Source: an uncultured virus (IMG/VR IMGVR_UViG_3300005680_000002) (lineage: Duplodnaviria; Heunggongvirae; Uroviricota; Caudoviricetes). Taken from it: a DNA stretch of 20,000 bases. Position numbers and translations under genes: made by a program. The stretch lies in the IMG/VR virus record IMGVR_UViG_3300005680_000002; one strand, given 5' to 3'. The notes below the pieces were generated by a model. That model saw only the letters and a list, made by a program, of their open reading frames with translations, was not told where the DNA came from and did no database searches. This document shows positions 16,294 through 20,000 of this stretch, piece after piece (the stretch's first letter is position 1; each line of letters begins with the position of its first letter).

Positions 16294-17397
16294 TCATCCC
16301 TGCGCCTCGACGAACTCGCCGGCATCGGTGACGCGGTAATTGACGTTCGGCTCGATCCCGCCCTCGCCGACGTAGGCAACAGCGATGCGGTAACGCTCTC
16401 CGTCGTGGTAGGTCAGGGCGATTGCCCCGCCGGCACCGGCTCGCGCAGTTGATCCAGGCGATGCGGCGACGCAGACGCAGTTTTCGCCCGAGGCGGCGAG
16501 CTGGCTGCAATAGCCCGAGGCGGCGAGCTTGCTGTAGTCGCCCGAGGCGGCGAGCTGGCTGCGGTAGCCCGATGCGGCGAGCTGGCTGCAATAGCCCGAG
16601 GCGGCGAGCTTGCTGTCGTTGCCCGAGGCGGCGAGCTTGCTGTAGTCGCCCGAGGCGGCGAGCTGGCTGCAACAGCCCGAGGCGGCGAGCTTGCTGTCGT
16701 TGCCCGAGGCGGCGAGCTTGCTGCCGTCGCCCGAGGCGGCGAGCTGGCTGCAACAGCCCGAGGCGGCGAGCTGGCTGCAATAGCCCGATGCGGCGAGCTT
16801 GCTGCCGTCGCCCGAGGCGGCGAGCTGGCTGCGGTAGCCCGATGCGGCGAGCTGGCTGTCGTTGCCCGAGGCGGCGAGCTTGCTGTCGTAGCCCGATGCG
16901 GCGAGCTGGCTGCGGTAGCCCGATGCGGCGAGCCGGCTGTCGTAGCCCGAGGCGGCGAGCTTGCTGCCGTCGCCCGAGGCGTCCACCCCTGGCTTGAGCG
17001 CAAAAGCGTCCTTGCACAGCCCCATCAGGTACGCGACGCCATCTCTGATGATCTGCGGCAGCGCGATTTCTGCGCTGATCGTGATGCGCGCCGCGGAGAT
17101 CTTTGAGTCGTCGTCGTGACGGCTGAAATCCCCGCCCATCTCGACCACCGCATACCGGCTGTCGAGCGGGTAGTAGCTCCACACATCGAGCGGGTTTCCA
17201 CAGGCGTGGAAGCCACTTTCGCACGCCTTGACCGGCCCGTCGTGCTCGTAGGTCTTGCCGACCTCGAACTGAAAACCGCGGCACTGCATGTTCTGGTCGA
17301 ACGCCTTGTAGGCGCGGATCGGCCCTGCGGTGGTGGCGGTGGTGGCGGTGGTTTCGGTCGGCGCCTGGGTGGCGTCGTGCTGTTCGGCTTGCGTCAT
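16294..17397 (-). CDS. Phage repeat protein (conserved N-terminal domain plus 18 x 9-aa repeats, probable beta-solenoid)
   Basis: GAGGGGAG RBS. N-terminal AYKAFD..MQCRGFQFEVGKTY..CESGFHAC.NPLDVWSYY resembles a common phage DUF (recalled as DUF7666-like). Repeat unit ASGxxS[KQR]LA. Confidence 0.88.
   Translation of the reverse strand: MTQAEQHDATQAPTETTATTATTAGPIRAYKAFDQNMQCRGFQFEVGKTYEHDGPVKACESGFHACGNPLDVWSYYPLDSRYAVVEMGGDFSRHDDDSKISAARITISAEIALPQIIRDGVAYLMGLCKDAFALKPGVDASGDGSKLAASGYDSRLAASGYRSQLAASGYDSKLAASGNDSQLAASGYRSQLAASGDGSKLAASGYCSQLAASGCCSQLAASGDGSKLAASGNDSKLAASGCCSQLAASGDYSKLAASGNDSKLAASGYCSQLAASGYRSQLAASGDYSKLAASGYCSQLAASGENCVCVAASPGSTARAGAGGAIALTYHDGERYRIAVAYVGEGGIEPNVNYRVTDAGEFVEAQG
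16486..16980 (-). repeat. 27-bp coding tandem repeat, 18 full units plus a partial unit
   Basis: Example + strand unit GCCCGAGGCGGCGAGCTGGCTGCAATA; the period is exactly 9 codons. Confidence 0.97.
17327..17352 (+). repeat. 9-bp tandem repeat x3 (TTA TTA TTA protein linker)
   Basis: GCGGTGGTG GCGGTGGTG GCGGTGGT. Confidence 0.85.
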
Positions 17398-17431
17398 CGT
17401 GGTCTCCCCTCGCGGTAGTGCGTTGGGATGG

Positions 17432-17460
17432 ATCTTGATACGCGATCACATCATTGTCAA
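17432..17460 (-). promoter_or_regulatory. Sigma70-like leftward early promoter
   Basis: Perfect TTGACA, 17-bp spacer, weak -10 CAAGAT, in an AT-rich patch upstream of the operon. Confidence 0.65.
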
Positions 17461-17473
17461 TACGCAAACGCAT
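17438..17473. promoter_or_regulatory. Two operator-like sites flanking the -35 box
   Basis: ATACGCGATCACAT (17438-17451) and ATACGCAAACGCAT (17460-17473): imperfect palindromes with starts 22 bp apart. Confidence 0.55.
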
Positions 17474-17564
17474 TTTTTGTGCGACACTTCACCTACTCGC
17501 TCATCCGAGCGGGATCAATCAACGAGAGGTGTCACATGGAGCAGAGAGAAGGAGGGCAGGCAGC

Positions 17565-17745
17565 ATGACCCCACAGAACACCGCCCCCGCCAACCTGCCG
17601 CGCCTGCGGTCACGTCGCCCTGGTGAGCATCACCCAGGGCCAGCGCGTCGAGCGTTACGACCGCTGCGAGCATCCGAGCGGGCCTCATCCGATGCACGAG
17701 GGCTGCCCATGGATGGCGGCGAAGACACAAGGAGCGACGGAATGA
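17565..17745 (+). pseudogene. Disrupted small Cys-rich (Zn-finger-like) gene
   Basis: Frame 17569-17745 reads ..TCRACGH..RCEHP..GCPW..ATE* with very GC-rich third positions and ATGA coupling, but the RBS-linked ATG at 17565 is in a different frame. Confidence 0.55.
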
Positions 17746-17987
17746 CCATGAAAGACAAGGATTACGTGTTCGGCCCGCTGCCGAAAAAGAAGCGCGCAGT
17801 GTTTCATCATCCGCTCGGCTTTGAGCTGTACGACGGGCTTGCTATGGACCTGCATGCAATGACGTTCGCGGAGCAGTGCGTGAAGGCCGAGCGCGAAGCC
17901 TGCGCGAAAGTGTGTGACGACATGGCGGGCAGCGACTACCTGCCGCACCAGCTCGCCGCAGCAATCCGAGCGCGAGGCGAGTCATGA
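17742..17987 (+). CDS. Hypothetical phage protein (AEREACAK...AAAIRARG type)
   Basis: AAGGAG RBS; C-terminal motif common in phage accessory proteins. Confidence 0.8.
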   Translation: MTMKDKDYVFGPLPKKKRAVFHHPLGFELYDGLAMDLHAMTFAEQCVKAEREACAKVCDDMAGSDYLPHQLAAAIRARGES

Positions 17988-18097
17988 CCACCCTCTACAA
18001 GAAAGTCGGCCGGCGCTACCGCCCCGTCGCCGAGTACGAGGAATGGGACAGCTACCCCGCTGGCGCGCGGGTCGATGAGGAGGTGCGCCATGGCTGA
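17984..18097 (+). CDS. 37-aa ORF, probably a truncated gene
   Basis: MTTLYKKVGRRYRPVAEYEEWDSYPAGARVDEEVRHG; fills the gap exactly and overlaps both neighbours. Confidence 0.55.
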   Translation: MTTLYKKVGRRYRPVAEYEEWDSYPAGARVDEEVRHG

Positions 18098-18440
18098 ATT
18101 GGATCTGGACGCGCTGGAGCAGGCGGCGCGCGAGGCGGGAGGGGGATGCTGGTTCTCAGCTGGCTGGACAGCCGGCAGTCGCGGCTTTGAGGTTGGAGAC
18201 CTGAAATCGCGTGATCGCATCTGCTCCGACGCCACCGAGCGTTGCGCGGAATTCATCGCTGCCGCAAACCCCGCAACCATTCTCGAACTCCTCGACCGCC
18301 TCGAAGCGGCTGAGAAAGAACTTGCTGAACTGCGCAGCAGTATGAAGTTCCGCACAAGCCTGATCGGGCGAACTGAAGCGGAGCGCGACACCCTGCGCGC
18401 TGAGATCGAGGCGATGGAGAAGAGAAATGAACGACCGTGA
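18090..18440 (+). CDS. Ead/Ea22-like family protein
   Basis: GGAGG RBS; AEFIAAANPATILELLDRLEAAE signature. Confidence 0.85.
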   Translation: MAELDLDALEQAAREAGGGCWFSAGWTAGSRGFEVGDLKSRDRICSDATERCAEFIAAANPATILELLDRLEAAEKELAELRSSMKFRTSLIGRTEAERDTLRAEIEAMEKRNERP

Positions 18441-18591
18441 ATTGCTTGGATGGGAGAGCGAAGCGCAGCAGCATATTCCGACCATCGAAATTGAGTTCGA
18501 GCCGGTTTCACCGGATGCACCGAACGACGCAAAGGGCTGGCAGGACCGAGACCGCCTTGCTGTCATGCTTACACCGGAGATCAAGCCATGA
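18427..18591 (+). CDS. 54-aa hypothetical protein, possibly chimeric
   Basis: GGAG RBS; MNDRELLGWESEAQQHIPTIEIEFEPV...TPEIKP; ATGA-coupled downstream. Confidence 0.55.
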   Translation: MNDRELLGWESEAQQHIPTIEIEFEPVSPDAPNDAKGWQDRDRLAVMLTPEIKP

Positions 18592-18848
18592 GTGACGAGA
18601 ATTTTTGGTCTGAACTGAAGCGCCACAAAAAAGAAAAATTTGACGCGGATCGCCGTACGTTCTTGTCGAAAGCTGTCGCCGACGACGATGGCGGGTGGAC
18701 AAAGCACACTGAGTACCACTGGTCACGCTTTGTCGCAGGCGAGCGGCTTGACTACTGGCCGAGCCGAAAAAAGTTTCAATGGCGCGGGAAGGTACTGCGA
18801 GGGGATGTCATGAAAATTGTCCGAGCAACACCGGAGGCCAAGCCATGA
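18588..18848 (+). CDS. Hypothetical protein (86 aa)
   Basis: GGAG RBS, ATGA overlaps; WTKHTEYHW...LDYWPSRKKFQWRGK. Confidence 0.8.
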   Translation: MSDENFWSELKRHKKEKFDADRRTFLSKAVADDDGGWTKHTEYHWSRFVAGERLDYWPSRKKFQWRGKVLRGDVMKIVRATPEAKP

Positions 18849-19057
18849 AGATTTTTCGAGACTTGTTTGGAAGACCTGCGCCCGTCGGCGTAATCAAAAC
18901 TCTCGAGGTTTTGGATTGCTCCGACCTCATGGAGCTGGCAGGTATGTACGGCGAAGCGCGCGAGCGTGGAGACACTGAACTGATGTCCCTCATCAATACG
19001 AGGATGGGCGTTGTTATTCACGAACAAGGTTTGGCTGCGCCAAAGGAAGCGCCATGA
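18845..19057 (+). CDS. Hypothetical protein (70 aa)
   Basis: GGAGG RBS, ATGA overlaps. Confidence 0.7.
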   Translation: MKIFRDLFGRPAPVGVIKTLEVLDCSDLMELAGMYGEARERGDTELMSLINTRMGVVIHEQGLAAPKEAP

Positions 19058-19347
19058 CCCCCACCGAAACCGCCTCCATCCTGCGCCAGTTCAACGAGTG
19101 GCGCCGCGCGCCCTCAGATGGGTGGCGTGAACACCCAACGTCAAAAGAGATCACCAATGCGATTAACACGGCGGTCGAGATGATCGGGCGCATGGAGAAT
19201 ATGAAGGCCGCCTTGCGGCAGCACCACAAGAACGTCATGGGCGAAGGGCTTGATCCTTCCCACCCGCTAACCAAGCTGCGCGTATCCGCTTACCAGCAGA
19301 CCAACCTATACGCAAATACAATAGCCTCGCTGGAGGAATCGAAATGA
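19054..19347 (+). CDS. Hypothetical protein (97 aa)
   Basis: AAGGA RBS, ATGA overlaps; ILRQFNEWRR...EITNAINTA. Confidence 0.75.
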   Translation: MTPTETASILRQFNEWRRAPSDGWREHPTSKEITNAINTAVEMIGRMENMKAALRQHHKNVMGEGLDPSHPLTKLRVSAYQQTNLYANTIASLEESK

Positions 19348-19625
19348 AGATTGGGGCGCTGACGCTTTTCCAGAGGATGCACGCTAACGGGAGGCCCTGC
19401 CAATCTGTACTAATTGCGGCACTGCACTGGAAGTGGTCTCTCACTTGGAGATGGCATTTAAGCTGGCACCCCGGCCTCTCCGGAAAGGTAGGCCCTTACT
19501 TTATGCGCACGTATCGGTACAGCCCAGGATTAAACTTCCATGCGGGGTTAAACATGCCTGTTATCGGATCGTTTTCTATTCAAACGCAGCCGAACATGCC
19601 ACTCAAGAAAAGGAATCAAAAATGA
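19344..19625 (+). CDS. Hypothetical aromatic-rich protein (93 aa), lower GC
   Basis: GGAGG RBS, ATGA overlaps at both ends. Confidence 0.7.
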   Translation: MKIGALTLFQRMHANGRPCQSVLIAALHWKWSLTWRWHLSWHPGLSGKVGPYFMRTYRYSPGLNFHAGLNMPVIGSFSIQTQPNMPLKKRNQK

Positions 19626-20000
19626 CCGATCACGCCAACGAACTGCGCCGCTACTCGCGCAAAATCGGCCACCCGGCAGGAGACGTGCCCAGCGTGATGC
19701 TGGCTGCGGCGGATGAGATCGAGCGGCTGGCCGCGAGGCTCGAAGCGGCTGAGAAAGATTCGGCGCACCACAAGGCACTGGCCGAAAGTGCCCTGCGGGT
19801 TGCGAAGGGATGGGAAGGCAAGTGCAGAGAACTGCGCACCAAAATCGAAGCGGCTGAGAAAGAGCGTGAGATCGACGAGCAGCGTATTGCTGACCTCATG
19901 GCCGAGTTGAACCGTGTTGGCCATGAAAACGACGCCCTGCGCACCAAGATCGAGCACATGGAGAATCAGGAGCCGGCTGCAGAATGGCTGCCCTTGGATA
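19622..20000 (+). CDS. Coiled-coil accessory protein, 3'-truncated by the window
   Basis: ATG 19622, open to the window end: MTDHANELRR...AADEIERLAARLEAAEK...LRTKIEHMENQEPAAEW. Confidence 0.8.
   Translation, partial: MTDHANELRRYSRKIGHPAGDVPSVMLAAADEIERLAARLEAAEKDSAHHKALAESALRVAKGWEGKCRELRTKIEAAEKEREIDEQRIADLMAELNRVGHENDALRTKIEHMENQEPAAEWLPLD

Larger units (their letters stand above)
1..20000. mobile_element. Phage or prophage segment (late/ejected protein gene, early recombination operon, accessory genes)
   Basis: Contains Bet, YqaJ exonuclease, SSB, Ead/Ea22-like genes, an orphan C5 MTase and a polyvalent protein. Dense ATGA/GTGA-coupled small ORFs; no host housekeeping genes. Confidence 0.95.

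Noticed and set aside
16486..16980. CRISPR array
   Set aside because: Units are contiguous 27-mers with only a few variable bases, no unique spacers, and an in-frame coding period; no cas genes are present.
16413..17003. Alternative-frame repeat ORFs (ASSPPRATT and RRRAGC repeats)
   Set aside because: By-products of a stop-free 27-bp repeat; no RBS or domain context.
16294..17397. Diversity-generating retroelement target
   Set aside because: No reverse transcriptase or template/variable repeat pair in the window; the variation consists of recurring unit types rather than random adenine mutagenesis.

Overview
This is a GC-rich segment of a tailed phage or prophage; the host is probably proteobacterial (inference from GC and gene families). 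It has three blocks. (1) 1-6924 (+): the 3' part of a giant DarB-like polyvalent protein gene, with an SF2 helicase C-terminal domain, two HExxH metallopeptidase modules, an AT-rich ADP-ribosyltransferase-like module and a PLxRFG C-terminal region. (2) 17397 to 6794 (-): a tightly coupled early operon starting at a sigma70-like promoter with two operator-like repeats. It encodes an 18x9-aa repeat protein, small membrane proteins, Bet, a YqaJ exonuclease, a DEDDh exonuclease, several HTH proteins including an RsaL-like one, SSB, a shortened AlpA-like protein and a C5 DNA methyltransferase. The methyltransferase carries a nested +1-frame gene and tandem TRD-like units. (3) 17479-20000 (+): short accessory genes, some broken or chimeric, joined by repeated junction sequences. 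No integrase, att site or CI/Cro pair is visible where a lambdoid layout would place them. All family calls come from motif recognition by eye; no database searches were run.
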